Of a stretch of 64,000 nucleotides of DNA, positions 26,421-36,185 are shown piece after piece. The position numbers were made by a program, and so were the translations under genes. This DNA comes from a virus (lineage: Duplodnaviria > Caudoviricetes), in the IMG/VR virus record IMGVR_UViG_3300048881_000755, positions 7,008-71,007 of that record; one strand, 5' to 3'. How positions within the stretch are numbered: position 1 is the first letter of the stretch; each line of letters starts with the position of its first letter. The notes under the pieces were generated by a model. It was not told the DNA's origin. It was given only the letters and a program-made list of their open reading frames with translations, and did not search any database.

Positions 26421-29096
26421 ATGTCTGGAACAATTAAACCAAGAACACAATTTCGCCCATTTGCACAGGCGGATGTGGACGAAACCCACTATAAAGAAAC
26501 TACAGAGGGAGTATTTAAACAAAGAAGATCAGGAGTTGACGACTCTGTTGCTGCAAACATCTTCGACGATAGGCGAGCTACCGCCGGATTTAAGGATACG
26601 GAGAATTCCTATGGGACGTTAACCGGAGTTGAATTTAAGGCGAACTTCGTCCAAGACGGTCAAGCCGGGTCCGGCACGGGACATGGTCTAACCATAACCC
26701 CTGTGCTTAAAGATGCGGGCGGCAACACCGTCGCGGGCTCAATCGCGGGCTCAAAAAGCATTTTTGATATGATTGTGCATCTAAACGATGATATTGGGGC
26801 CCTCACCACAGGTGGTGCTGGGCATGCTTCTCAGGTCGAACTTAATGAGACTCAGAGCTCAATGGGTGCGATGATGAATGCCGCCGGCGAGTTCGTCACG
26901 GGCGCTTTTTCTAGTTCAACCTTTCTGGGCAGCGACACTGATTTAACTGAATGCCTGCTGGGCCTGGATGCTGCGGTCAACGCCACCAACGGCGTTGTTA
27001 GCACTAATACAGGCAATGTTAGCACTAATACAGGCAATATTACAACTATCATGGGCACTGGTTCCGGATCCATTACTAAGGCAGTTGCTGATTTAGTTGC
27101 CACAGCGCCGGCGACTCTTGATACGCTTAATGAACTAGCTGCTGCTTTGGGTGATGACGCGTCCTTTTCCACAACAGTATCAAACAACATTGGAGCTGCC
27201 AATACAGCCGCCTCGAACGCTGCGTCTGCTGCGAATGCTGCACAAACCACTGCTAATACTGCACAGAATAATGCTGATGCCATTGAAACCGCTATCGGCG
27301 CGGCCATCTCAAGTGGTGGAGCCTATGTTGCACACACAGGGTCAAGCATAAATTATATTGCAGGAAACAACAGTATAACCGAAGATCTTCTTGATCTCGA
27401 TTCCGCTATTAAAAATGGCTTGATGAGTGTCTCTATGGAACTCTACCCGAACAAGGATTTTCACGATATAGGTGGAGTCCGAACTGTGGGCCTGACAACT
27501 ACCGATGGGATCACCTTTGAAAGTAACATGGTTCGCTCCCCCAATCTTACAGTAGGTGAGCTTGGGCAGGAGCATTTGTATTTTCCATATGGCTACCAAA
27601 AGCTGACGGATTACGAGCACGACGGACAGACTTATTCCGGATTGCTGAAATTCCTTGGCGCAAATGGGACTTCGTCGTTTGGCTCGACAATTGATCAGGA
27701 TGCACGAGAGCTTATGAAGGGGAAGGTCACGCTTAAGCTGAACGGTATTGAGCAAATTATGGCGAGAAGACAAGGAAATCCAGCGATGGCTGGCGAGGCC
27801 TTAATTTCTGGTGAGAACGCGGGTGATAATGCCCACGACCTCACGTTGCTTTCATATGATTGTGCATCGACGGCCAACGTAGCTTTGACTAACGGATGGA
27901 CTGACTCGTCCACCCAAAGAGAAGAGCTGTTCAAGAATCCTTATCTGTTGGACCAAACCCAGCGGAATGCCAAGCCATGGTATGGCGTAGCTTATAGATC
28001 TGATGCAATATTTGATCCTAATACCACTGCTGTTAACCTTGCTATAAATAAGCGAATTGGCTCTCAAGCTGTATTGACTGCTATAGGAACCGCTATAGTT
28101 ACTGCTGTTGTAAAAGAGGATGCGAATGCCGTGGCAGCGGCAACGGCGGCAGCCGGTGAACTGCTGATCAACGGTGTAAGTATTGGAGCCGTCACCATTT
28201 TAAGTAATGATTCTGATAGTGCATTGCGTACCGTAATCAACGGTGTATCTGGAGCGACAGGAGTTGCTGCTACAGTAAACAGTTACAATAAGTTGGTGCT
28301 TACGGCTGCTGACGGTCGGAGTATTATCCTCGCGGGTACTGATCCAACCATGTCTGGTGCGCTTGGATTCTCTGCGGGTACGACCCTAGGGACTACTATT
28401 GTCAGCTGCAAGGCGCTCTCTGCCGTTGCAAAGCTCTTCAGAACTAACGTAGCAGTTGGATCTCAAGATCTCATAACTTTGGGAGTGTGGAACAGTGACC
28501 TCGCCGCCGCTAAAGCTGGAGCCCTCGTTGTAAAGACTAAGTGGGCAGATTATGTGGTCGGCTCTCAAGCTGTATTGACTGCCATTAACTCTCTGGGTGG
28601 AGGTACTCTTAGTGCTATCAAGGCTGCTGCTCTAGTAGCTTATGACATCGTCAACAATGGCAGCGGCACTGCCTCCGAGAAAGCTGGTGCGCTTGCCGCT
28701 TATAATGCTGTTAATAATACCTCTGGCCCAGATGCGCAAACTGCTTTGAATAACTGTATAGTGGTACAGCAGTTGTATAATGCCAATGCAGCTGGTTCGC
28801 TTGAAGCTTACACTTCTGTTGATGCTCTGTCGTCGGGCAACGGCGCGGCTGCACAGGTTGTCGCTCAAGGGATACATGATGGGCATGATGAAGCAACGGT
28901 TGGCGCGACTGAAGCTGACACCCCTGTTCAGGCCGTTTCGCAGGGATCGGGGAACGCTCTTGACAAGGCTGTTTGCGTCCAGACTGCGACGGTGATTAAT
29001 TATGACCAACAGCGTACTGCCGGTGTTCGCTTTGCAATTGGTCTTCATGCAACCACAGACACGGATGATGGTGATTGGGTTTCTCTTGCCTGGTAA
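26421..29096 (+). CDS. Fibre protein with tail-fibre shaft motif and flagellin IN-like domain
   Basis: APATLDTLNELAAALGDDASFSTTV tail-fibre motif, coiled-coil repeats, GELLINGVSIG...LVLTAADGRSI; AAGGAG SD; own terminator. Confidence 0.75.
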   Translation: MSGTIKPRTQFRPFAQADVDETHYKETTEGVFKQRRSGVDDSVAANIFDDRRATAGFKDTENSYGTLTGVEFKANFVQDGQAGSGTGHGLTITPVLKDAGGNTVAGSIAGSKSIFDMIVHLNDDIGALTTGGAGHASQVELNETQSSMGAMMNAAGEFVTGAFSSSTFLGSDTDLTECLLGLDAAVNATNGVVSTNTGNVSTNTGNITTIMGTGSGSITKAVADLVATAPATLDTLNELAAALGDDASFSTTVSNNIGAANTAASNAASAANAAQTTANTAQNNADAIETAIGAAISSGGAYVAHTGSSINYIAGNNSITEDLLDLDSAIKNGLMSVSMELYPNKDFHDIGGVRTVGLTTTDGITFESNMVRSPNLTVGELGQEHLYFPYGYQKLTDYEHDGQTYSGLLKFLGANGTSSFGSTIDQDARELMKGKVTLKLNGIEQIMARRQGNPAMAGEALISGENAGDNAHDLTLLSYDCASTANVALTNGWTDSSTQREELFKNPYLLDQTQRNAKPWYGVAYRSDAIFDPNTTAVNLAINKRIGSQAVLTAIGTAIVTAVVKEDANAVAAATAAAGELLINGVSIGAVTILSNDSDSALRTVINGVSGATGVAATVNSYNKLVLTAADGRSIILAGTDPTMSGALGFSAGTTLGTTIVSCKALSAVAKLFRTNVAVGSQDLITLGVWNSDLAAAKAGALVVKTKWADYVVGSQAVLTAINSLGGGTLSAIKAAALVAYDIVNNGSGTASEKAGALAAYNAVNNTSGPDAQTALNNCIVVQQLYNANAAGSLEAYTSVDALSSGNGAAAQVVAQGIHDGHDEATVGATEADTPVQAVSQGSGNALDKAVCVQTATVINYDQQRTAGVRFAIGLHATTDTDDGDWVSLAW
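28059..28582 (+). repeat. 23-nt direct repeat pair GGCTCTCAAGCTGTATTGACTGC
   Basis: Copies at 28059-28081 and 28560-28582, 501 nt apart and in frame (GSQAVLTA). Confidence 0.85.
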
Positions 29097-29136
29097 AATA
29101 GTTTAATAATTGATTTTAATAATCGCTGATTAACCG

Positions 29137-29167
29137 AGGGGCGGGGACTTAGTCCCCGCCCCTTTTT
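29137..29167 (+). terminator. Rho-independent terminator
   Basis: GGGGCGGGGAC-TTA-GTCCCCGCCCC followed by TTTTT. Confidence 0.9.
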
Positions 29168-29224
29168 ATTATTAATATGCTAATTTTTAGAATATAAATG
29201 AAATAATTTTTCAAAGGAGCAAAC

Positions 29225-29521
29225 ATGAGCTTAGAAGACAAAGTAGAGAAACTAGAGAAGGTTACAGGCCTTTTCGATGAGTTTGTAGAGAACCTAGTTG
29301 CAGTAAAGACAGATATGGGCTTGCAAAGTCAATACGCAGAAGGATATGCAGCTTGTCTGGCAGACATTCTTAGTGCCTTAGCTGAGGGGAGGAACTCTGG
29401 AGCAATAGGGGCAATTAAAATGAAAATAGAGATGGACTCAAAGAGAGAAACTTTGGACGAATTATTTGAAGGATTATCTACTCTCCGGGGTGCTTACAAA
29501 GACCTATTAAGTAAGGACTAA
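29225..29521 (+). CDS. Hypothetical protein
   Basis: 98 aa; AAGGAG SD; TATTAAT at 29170. Confidence 0.7.
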   Translation: MSLEDKVEKLEKVTGLFDEFVENLVAVKTDMGLQSQYAEGYAACLADILSALAEGRNSGAIGAIKMKIEMDSKRETLDELFEGLSTLRGAYKDLLSKD

Positions 29522-29522
29522 T

Positions 29523-29840
29523 ATGTCAGTGCGATTAGTTAGACCCAGAGGAGATGTTTGCCGAGAAAGGGCAGCTGTTGTCGCTGAAAAAAAGTATAAA
29601 ATTCTTATTTCGGAAAAAAGAGAAGAGTATGCTGCGAAGAGAGATATTAAGATAATGCAACAAATAATAAAGCTTTCTAAAGAAAAACTAAAATATGAAG
29701 AAAAGGTATGGAAGCATTGTGTAGATAATTATGTGGAAGCAGCTGACTCTATCTCTAGGACTATATCTGAAGAAAAAAGAAAGAAATTTGGCTTAAAAGA
29801 ATTTTCAGATTATATGATAAAACATCTTTCTGAGATTTAA
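29523..29840 (+). CDS. Hypothetical basic protein
   Basis: 105-aa ORF tightly coupled to its neighbours. Confidence 0.65.
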   Translation: MSVRLVRPRGDVCRERAAVVAEKKYKILISEKREEYAAKRDIKIMQQIIKLSKEKLKYEEKVWKHCVDNYVEAADSISRTISEEKRKKFGLKEFSDYMIKHLSEI

Positions 29841-29849
29841 GGAGAAGAC

Positions 29850-31445
29850 GTGGCAACTGGCACCATTCATAGATTTCCAAAGAAGGACGAAGATGGTTCG
29901 ATAGAAGGAGCTAGGCTTGTCAAAGATTCTGATGGAAAAATAGAGGAAATCACTGAGATTATATTTTCCTCTGACTCTCCAACAATTACGGCTAATTTCA
30001 CAGAAGAAATAAACAATCTTATAGCAAACGGAGATATAGACACTTCTGGAGAAGAAGGTCCCGCTGGCCCTGCCGGACCTGCTGGTGCCCAAGGTGTCGC
30101 TGGGCCTACAGGCGCACAGGGGGCCCAGGGAGAACAGGGGCCTGTCGGAGCAGACGGACCTGCTGGAGGTCCCCAAGGCCCCGCTGGTGCAGACGGAGCA
30201 GATGGTGCTGCTGGTGCTCAGGGCATCCAAGGCGTTGCTGGTGCAGACGGAGCAGACGGAGCAGATGGTGCTGCTGGTGCTCAGGGCATCCAAGGCGTTG
30301 CTGGTGCAGACGGAGCAGACGGAGCAGACGGAGCAGACGGAGCAGACGGTGCTGCTGGTGCTCAGGGCATCCAAGGCGTTGCTGGTGCAGATGGAGCAGA
30401 CGGTGCTGCTGGTGCTCAGGGCATCCAAGGCGTTGCTGGTGCAGACGGAGCAGACGGTGCTGCTGGTGCTCAGGGCATCCAAGGCGTTGCTGGTGCAGAC
30501 GGAGCAGACGGTGCTGCTGGTGCTGCTGGTGCTCAGGGCATCCAAGGCGTTGCTGGAGCAGACGGAGCAGACGGAGCTCAGGGCATCCAAGGCGTTGCTG
30601 GTGCAGACGGAGCAGACGGAGCAGACGGTGCTCAGGGCATCCAAGGCGTTGCTGGTGCAGATGGAGCAGACGGTGCAGATGGTGCTGCTGGTGCTCAGGG
30701 CATCCAAGGCGTTGCTGGTGCAGATGGAGCAGACGGTGCAGATGGTGCTGCTGGTGCTCAGGGTATCCAAGGCGTTGCTGGTGCAGATGGTGCTGCTGGT
30801 GCAGACGGAGCACAAGGGCCTCAGGGTATCCAAGGCGTTGCTGGTGCAGATGGTGCTGCTGGTGCAGACGGAGCACAAGGGCCTCAGGGTATCCAAGGCG
30901 TTGCTGGTGCAGACGGAGCAGACGGTGCAGACGGAGCACAAGGGCCTCAGGGTATCCAAGGCGTTGCTGGTGCAGACGGAGCAGACGGAGCACAAGGGCC
31001 TCAGGGCGTCCAAGGCGTTGCTGGTGCAGACGGAGCAGATGGTGCAGACGGAGCACAAGGGCCTCAGGGTATCCAAGGCGTTGCTGGTGCAGACGGAGCA
31101 GATGGTGCAGACGGAGCACAAGGGCCTCAGGGTATCCAAGGCGTTGCTGGTGCAGACGGAGCAGATGGCGAAGATGGCCTTGCGAACAGTCACGTAGTAG
31201 ACATATCAGATCAGTTAGAGGCGGGCAAATATGTATATAATTTTGTTGACAAAGAGGGGTGCCAGCGTCAGTGTAGTGAGATATTTAGAATATTTTTTAA
31301 CGGTCTAAATGTAACACCAGACGTTGAAGTCTCTGAGGATCGTCTTACTTTTACTTTTACAGATGATTACGAAGATGCTGAGTTTGGGTTTGAAAATACC
31401 AAATTAGTTATTGACTTTATAAGCGAAGGTGCTTCGCAACATTAA
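29850..31445 (+). CDS. Collagen-like fibre protein
   Basis: About 126 Gly-X-Y triplets ([15 protein letters not shown]) between short globular termini; AAGGAG SD, GTG start. Confidence 0.9.
   Translation: MATGTIHRFPKKDEDGSIEGARLVKDSDGKIEEITEIIFSSDSPTITANFTEEINNLIANGDIDTSGEEGPAGPAGPAGAQGVAGPTGAQGAQGEQGPVGADGPAGGPQGPAGADGADGAAGAQGIQGVAGADGADGADGAAGAQGIQGVAGADGADGADGADGADGAAGAQGIQGVAGADGADGAAGAQGIQGVAGADGADGAAGAQGIQGVAGADGADGAAGAAGAQGIQGVAGADGADGAQGIQGVAGADGADGADGAQGIQGVAGADGADGADGAAGAQGIQGVAGADGADGADGAAGAQGIQGVAGADGAAGADGAQGPQGIQGVAGADGAAGADGAQGPQGIQGVAGADGADGADGAQGPQGIQGVAGADGADGAQGPQGVQGVAGADGADGADGAQGPQGIQGVAGADGADGADGAQGPQGIQGVAGADGADGEDGLANSHVVDISDQLEAGKYVYNFVDKEGCQRQCSEIFRIFFNGLNVTPDVEVSEDRLTFTFTDDYEDAEFGFENTKLVIDFISEGASQH
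30048..31184 (+). repeat. Hierarchical 9-nt-unit repeat array encoding Gly-X-Y
   Basis: Recurrent CAGGG(C/T)ATCCAAGGCGTTGCTGGTGCAGA(C/T)GG blocks with a variable number of GAD/GAA units. Confidence 0.92.
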
Positions 31446-31459
31446 TCGGAGATTATATT

Positions 31460-31780
31460 ATGGCAATGGGAAGTTATGCTCTTGGGGCAACAGTAAGAAT
31501 ACCTTTGCAGGTTACAGATGCAGGAACCCCCTTTACAGAAGATGTAGATCCTACAATTAAGCAAATTATAAAGCCAGACAGAACATCTGCTCTTAGCGCT
31601 CCAGAGCCTATGCTTGAAATAGACAAAGATTATGGAGCTTATTATTACGATTATGTCCCTGATGTAATCGGTGATTATGTGGTAATAATCACATATACAT
31701 TTGATGAAGTTGAGTTTTCTGTTATTGAAAACTTTACAGTTGGGAAGATAGTAAGTATCCCTAGAGCAGAGGCAAGATAA
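31460..31780 (+). CDS. Small beta-sandwich (Ig-like) virion protein
   Basis: 106 aa; GAYYYDYVPDVIGDYVVIITY pattern, similar to the N-terminal domain of the next gene. Confidence 0.55.
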   Translation: MAMGSYALGATVRIPLQVTDAGTPFTEDVDPTIKQIIKPDRTSALSAPEPMLEIDKDYGAYYYDYVPDVIGDYVVIITYTFDEVEFSVIENFTVGKIVSIPRAEAR

Positions 31781-32703
31781 TGGCAAATAACAGAAATCAG
31801 GCAATACGAGGAGAGGCTGTAGAGCTTAGTATTCAATACTATGGCGTTGACGGTCTTCCTAGGGACTCAGACGCTACTCCTGAGATACAAATTACGGATA
31901 TAAATGGAGATATTGTAGTAACAACAACAGCTGCCGGAGTTACAAAAGAAGACAAAGGGCTTTATGTATATTCGTATGATGTTGGATCCGCAGTAGATAC
32001 AGGGTTGTGGACAGACAAATGGACTGCAGATATTGGTGGCGCAGCAGTTGCTAGCGAGTTTAAGTTTCTTGTTACTGGCTCTCCGTCTTCCGAGGCAGGA
32101 GCAACTGAGCCCGGAATTGTCGCCTTAGGCGATGAGGTTGACTTTGATTTCTCAGAAGCAGAATTAACTGGACTAAACATTCTTTTAAAGCATTTAAAAT
32201 CTAGATTAAGATCAGATGGGAAGAAGCCTTCCAGAGATGAATATGGGGCATTTATTACTGATGGATATGGCGAAATAGTGATGGAAGAGTGTAATGTGTT
32301 CTCCGATGAGATTTTAGCGTGTTTTTTATCGGCAGCCCTTTCGGAATTTAATATGGTTCCATTTTTCTCATCATTTACTTTTGCTGATGAAATAATTTAT
32401 AAAACATTTTCACATTCGGTTGTAGAGGGTGCCTACATTTTAGCACTATCTTCTCAGGCCTTAGTTGAAAAAGGCAGGGATTTTACTATCAGCGATGGAG
32501 GTATTTCGTATCAGCCACCAGCCTTGGGGGACTTTATAAATGGTCATTATCAAAACTTTATGACTTCCTATAGAGAAAGATTAAAGTTTATTAAGAATAG
32601 CATAAGACCTAATCCGACATCATTTGGGACATTTACAAACCTGAGCTCTGGTGCCCCAGCCTTTGTGAGACTAAGACACCTTAGAAGTCGTAAGATAATT
32701 TAG
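31780..32703 (+). CDS. Putative head-tail adaptor (neck) protein with N-terminal Ig-like domain
   Basis: N-terminal GLYVYSYDV...GLWTDKW beta domain; C-terminal helical FSDEILACFLSAALSEFN...FTISDGGISY typical of adaptors; position between head and tail genes. Confidence 0.55.
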   Translation: MANNRNQAIRGEAVELSIQYYGVDGLPRDSDATPEIQITDINGDIVVTTTAAGVTKEDKGLYVYSYDVGSAVDTGLWTDKWTADIGGAAVASEFKFLVTGSPSSEAGATEPGIVALGDEVDFDFSEAELTGLNILLKHLKSRLRSDGKKPSRDEYGAFITDGYGEIVMEECNVFSDEILACFLSAALSEFNMVPFFSSFTFADEIIYKTFSHSVVEGAYILALSSQALVEKGRDFTISDGGISYQPPALGDFINGHYQNFMTSYRERLKFIKNSIRPNPTSFGTFTNLSSGAPAFVRLRHLRSRKII

Positions 32704-32719
32704 TCTAAACTTAGGCGGC

Positions 32720-32730
32720 GTAAGTATAAT
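32720..32730 (+). promoter_or_regulatory. GTAAGTATAAT putative -10-type promoter
   Basis: Contains TATAAT; identical 11-mer at 56076-56086. Confidence 0.45.
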
Positions 32731-32756
32731 GAATATGACGCTTTAACGGAGGATAA

Positions 32757-33005
32757 ATGAGAGAACCTGAAAAAAGACATCTAGAATACTGCGGATTTAC
32801 TAGTCCAAGAGATTTTGACGAAATACAGTTTGAGCTTTTAGGCTTACATAATTTAATGAAAAGAGCCGAAGAAAGAATATCTATGTTAAATCAAAGTTCG
32901 TTTCTTGCTAATTTAGCAGTTAATAATAAGGCCGAAGAACTAGGCGGCTATTTCGACCAAGAGGAGCGAGAAAATGATAAGGATAACTTCGTCAAAAAAG
33001 AGTAA
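32757..33005 (+). CDS. Hypothetical protein
   Basis: 82 aa; GGAGG SD. Confidence 0.7.
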   Translation: MREPEKRHLEYCGFTSPRDFDEIQFELLGLHNLMKRAEERISMLNQSSFLANLAVNNKAEELGGYFDQEERENDKDNFVKKE

Positions 33006-33480
33006 CAGCCTTCTTGATGAGATTACTGCTCTTTCTAAAATAAGAAATGCACTCTTGAACGATAAGATTGCAAAGAAAATCTGCAAAGAAAAGGGGATTG
33101 GAGAATGGTTTCTTGCCGGAGTTCCTATAAAATTTGATAAAATAAAGCAGTCTGCGAAAACTGTTGATTCTTATATAATTTTAAATAAAAGTCTTTTGAA
33201 GAAGCCTTTTGATATAATGATGCGATATGTAATTCATGAATTAACACACTCTATTCAGCATGTTCAAAATTTTAGAAAAAAAGATACAAAAAAAGAGAAT
33301 GAAGAATATCTTGATAAAGATACCGAAGTTGAGGCCTTTAAATACCAGGTAGAGTTTGACGCAGAAAATAGAGGTCAGGGTAAGGCGGAAAAATATGTAG
33401 AGGATCTTCTTGATTATCATAAGATCAAAGGCAAGGAAAGAGCAGACAAGAGAGACGAGCTTTTAGACGAGCCTCGCTAA
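32974..33480 (+). CDS. Putative zinc metallopeptidase (HExxH)
   Basis: YVIHELTHSIQH plus downstream EYLDKDTEVEAF providing a candidate third ligand. Confidence 0.7.
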   Translation: MIRITSSKKSNSLLDEITALSKIRNALLNDKIAKKICKEKGIGEWFLAGVPIKFDKIKQSAKTVDSYIILNKSLLKKPFDIMMRYVIHELTHSIQHVQNFRKKDTKKENEEYLDKDTEVEAFKYQVEFDAENRGQGKAEKYVEDLLDYHKIKGKERADKRDELLDEPR

Positions 33481-33490
33481 ACACTTCCTC

Positions 33491-33497
33491 TACTAAT
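33491..33497 (+). promoter_or_regulatory. TAYTAAT putative late promoter element
   Basis: TACTAAT about 26 nt upstream of ATG 33524. Confidence 0.55.
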
Positions 33498-33523
33498 AGA
33501 AAGACCTCAATTGGAGGTTTTAT

Positions 33524-35515
33524 ATGCTAGCGATTTCGGGACAATATCCGTCAGAGGGTGCTAAGGGCGCAGCCTTAGATTCACTTATTGAATTTTCTAT
33601 AATTAATGATGGAACCGGCATAGACTCCTCAACCCTAATAGTTGAAGTCAGTGGGTCTACGGCTATATCTGATCTTGAATTTCAAAAAGGATTCGACGGA
33701 CTATATTCGGAGATAGAAGTATCTTCGGAGCTAGTTGATATCGTAATTGATACAGAAGATTTGTTCCGACAGGGGCAGGTTGTATCGGTAAAGATTCAGG
33801 TTAAAAATTTAGAAGGTGATTTTTTTAATTATAATTATTTATTTAAAACAGTTGCCCCTGAGCCGGTTTTAGAACTATCCTCCCCCACAGAAGGTGAACT
33901 GGTTAAATCTGACCAGGTTGTTTTTCTTCAATTTAAGGACGAAATTGATGATATAAATGTAAGTTCTATAAATATTTGGATAAATAGTCTTGAGGCAGTA
34001 ATTGATGGGGTTTTTCAAGATACTTTTAGCGGAGAAACTTCTGTAATAACAAAAATAGATGATGGAGCTACGGTAAGGATTGAGCCAGTAGAGTCCTTTC
34101 GAGATGGCCCATATACTGTTAGATATTATGCTGAAGATACGTCAGGAAATGTTCTACAAGATGAATTATCATATTCTGTAGATCTACCAGAAGTTGTTTT
34201 GCCATCAACTTTTCCTCAAGTTAGTTTTTTGGGACTAAATCAAGGAATAAGAAAAGTTTCTAATATGGGCAGAGGCGATATGTTTAGGGTTGAATGGCAT
34301 CAGCCAGTGCCTAGATCTTACAAGGGTGATTCTTTTGCTCTTATATATCATGATGAATCTAGATTAGAGGTTTTTGATTCAAGTCCCAAATATATTGCAA
34401 AATCTTCAATATGTTCTGCAGATGTGTCCGGCTTTACTCCGGGGCTGACCTTATCTTTTGCGGCTAGAGCGCTTGAGGCCTTCAGGGATACGCTGGACCT
34501 GGAGGGCATGAAGGAGGCGGTAGATGGGCTATTCATTATTCCAGATGATGCAGTTATATCAGAGCAGATAACGCAAGATGACACTAGGATCGCTGTAAGC
34601 TCAACGGATGGTTATCCATCTTCTGGAGTTCTTTTTATTAATGATTCAGAGGTTGTAAGGTACACGGCAAAGACTGATACAGAGTTTTTACTGCCTTCGA
34701 ACGGTCGGGGGCTTAATGGAACAAGTAAGGGCGTTTATATCCAAGGAGATACGCTGAATATGTTCCTCGCTTGTCAGGATAAGAATACTGTTATCATTAT
34801 GGCTACGCCAACATATTTTGATGGATATGAGAGTGGAAGGGCAATTTCCGGGACAGGGCTTGTTGTAACTGACTATACAGATAGTGATAAAAAGTTTTTT
34901 CAGGGATTTGACTTTTGCGGATATCATCGGGCCATACCTCAGAATATTTTTCAAGGAAGAGACGACTGTGGCAGCTATCTAGGTGGCGAATTTAATAAGA
35001 CCAGGGGCATGAATCTTTTTGATAGAATGTTGAATAGAGAAGAGATTATTTTAGACCAAACGGGAGAACCGGTCATTTTATTAAAGAGAATATGGGATGG
35101 CAACACCTGCAGTTGCTCTGATTCAAGGCGGCAACATCCAAAAGTAAAATCTTGCAAACTTTGCTTCGGGACAGGTTATACCGGAGGGTTTTCACAATAT
35201 GATTATAGAAGAAGGAATGATGGCCGAATAATGGTAATGTTTGGAGATACAGTTGAGGACCTAAAACTTGGGCCTCATACGCATTTGGAGCAACAGTATG
35301 AGCCGGCGTGCTGGACGCTTCCTAGTCCAGCGGTTAAAGATAGAGACTTAATGGTTAGGTTTGATTTTAATGATGATGTCGAATATATGTACGAAGTATT
35401 GGATGTCACTAAAGATAAGTTATTTTATAGACATTATACAAGACAGAGGTTCAGGCTTAAGCGTTTAGACAAAACAGATATAGCTTATACCTTTCCTTAT
35501 TCTTTAAACATTTAG
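33524..35515 (+). CDS. Putative head-closure/neck protein with N-terminal Ig-like domains
   Basis: Two related N-terminal beta-sandwich repeats (GIDSSTLIVEV / DINVSSINIWI); C-terminal GEPVILLKR...CSC...CKLCFGTGYTGG zinc motif like myovirus head-completion proteins. Confidence 0.55.
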   Translation: MLAISGQYPSEGAKGAALDSLIEFSIINDGTGIDSSTLIVEVSGSTAISDLEFQKGFDGLYSEIEVSSELVDIVIDTEDLFRQGQVVSVKIQVKNLEGDFFNYNYLFKTVAPEPVLELSSPTEGELVKSDQVVFLQFKDEIDDINVSSINIWINSLEAVIDGVFQDTFSGETSVITKIDDGATVRIEPVESFRDGPYTVRYYAEDTSGNVLQDELSYSVDLPEVVLPSTFPQVSFLGLNQGIRKVSNMGRGDMFRVEWHQPVPRSYKGDSFALIYHDESRLEVFDSSPKYIAKSSICSADVSGFTPGLTLSFAARALEAFRDTLDLEGMKEAVDGLFIIPDDAVISEQITQDDTRIAVSSTDGYPSSGVLFINDSEVVRYTAKTDTEFLLPSNGRGLNGTSKGVYIQGDTLNMFLACQDKNTVIIMATPTYFDGYESGRAISGTGLVVTDYTDSDKKFFQGFDFCGYHRAIPQNIFQGRDDCGSYLGGEFNKTRGMNLFDRMLNREEIILDQTGEPVILLKRIWDGNTCSCSDSRRQHPKVKSCKLCFGTGYTGGFSQYDYRRRNDGRIMVMFGDTVEDLKLGPHTHLEQQYEPACWTLPSPAVKDRDLMVRFDFNDDVEYMYEVLDVTKDKLFYRHYTRQRFRLKRLDKTDIAYTFPYSLNI

Positions 35516-35524
35516 GAGATTATT

Positions 35525-35788
35525 ATGAAATGGGTAAACAATACAAAAGGGAGGCCAGATTCCATGCTTACATTTGCTTTGATAGCGTTTTTGGTTGTAA
35601 CTTTAAATATACTTTTGGCAACTTTTGGGAGAATATCATTCAATGGATTTGAGATTGGCCTAGAGGCGATGTCTTCGGGGGCTATGGGCACTTATCTTTC
35701 GGCAACGTTTGGAGCCTATGTGGCCAGAAGATGGACGGACAAGAAATATGAAGACGCTGGCAAGCCTGAGGTAAAGGTCAATGAGTAA
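35525..35788 (+). CDS. Small membrane protein, holin candidate
   Basis: 87 aa; two hydrophobic segments and a charged C-terminus. Confidence 0.45.
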   Translation: MKWVNNTKGRPDSMLTFALIAFLVVTLNILLATFGRISFNGFEIGLEAMSSGAMGTYLSATFGAYVARRWTDKKYEDAGKPEVKVNE

Positions 35789-36185
35789 TGAGCCAGAAAA
35801 TAAGAATGAAGAAACAGATGAAGAAGAAGAGAGTGTTTGGGGTTTGATTAAAGCTTTTTTTAGCGCTATAAGTTTAAAAACTAAACTTATATTAGGTATT
35901 ATAGCTAGCATATTCGGTGCTATAGCATTTTTTATAATGAATCGAAACCGGAATGATAGAGAGATATTAGAATTTGAGTTAAAAAAGGTTAGGGAAGAAA
36001 TTGAGATAGAACAAGTTCAAATAAAGATAGATGGCAATACACAAAGGCTAGAGATTCTTAAGAAGCGTGCAGATGAAATTGTAAATGAGATAACTGAATT
36101 AGAAGAGCAGGAAGAGCAATTACCAGATGATAAGGATGCTTCAAATGATGAAATTGATAAATTTTTTGACGACAGGGGGTTCTAG
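35781..36185 (+). CDS. Membrane-anchored coiled-coil protein (spanin-like candidate)
   Basis: TM segment LILGIIASIFGAIAFFIM followed by a long heptad coiled coil. Confidence 0.45.
   Translation: MSNEPENKNEETDEEEESVWGLIKAFFSAISLKTKLILGIIASIFGAIAFFIMNRNRNDREILEFELKKVREEIEIEQVQIKIDGNTQRLEILKKRADEIVNEITELEEQEEQLPDDKDASNDEIDKFFDDRGF

Noticed and set aside
29805-31197. Long alternative-frame ORFs over the collagen gene (462, 370 and 337 aa)
   Set aside because: They are by-products of a stop-free 9-nt repeat array; only the Gly-X-Y frame has an SD and sensible termini.
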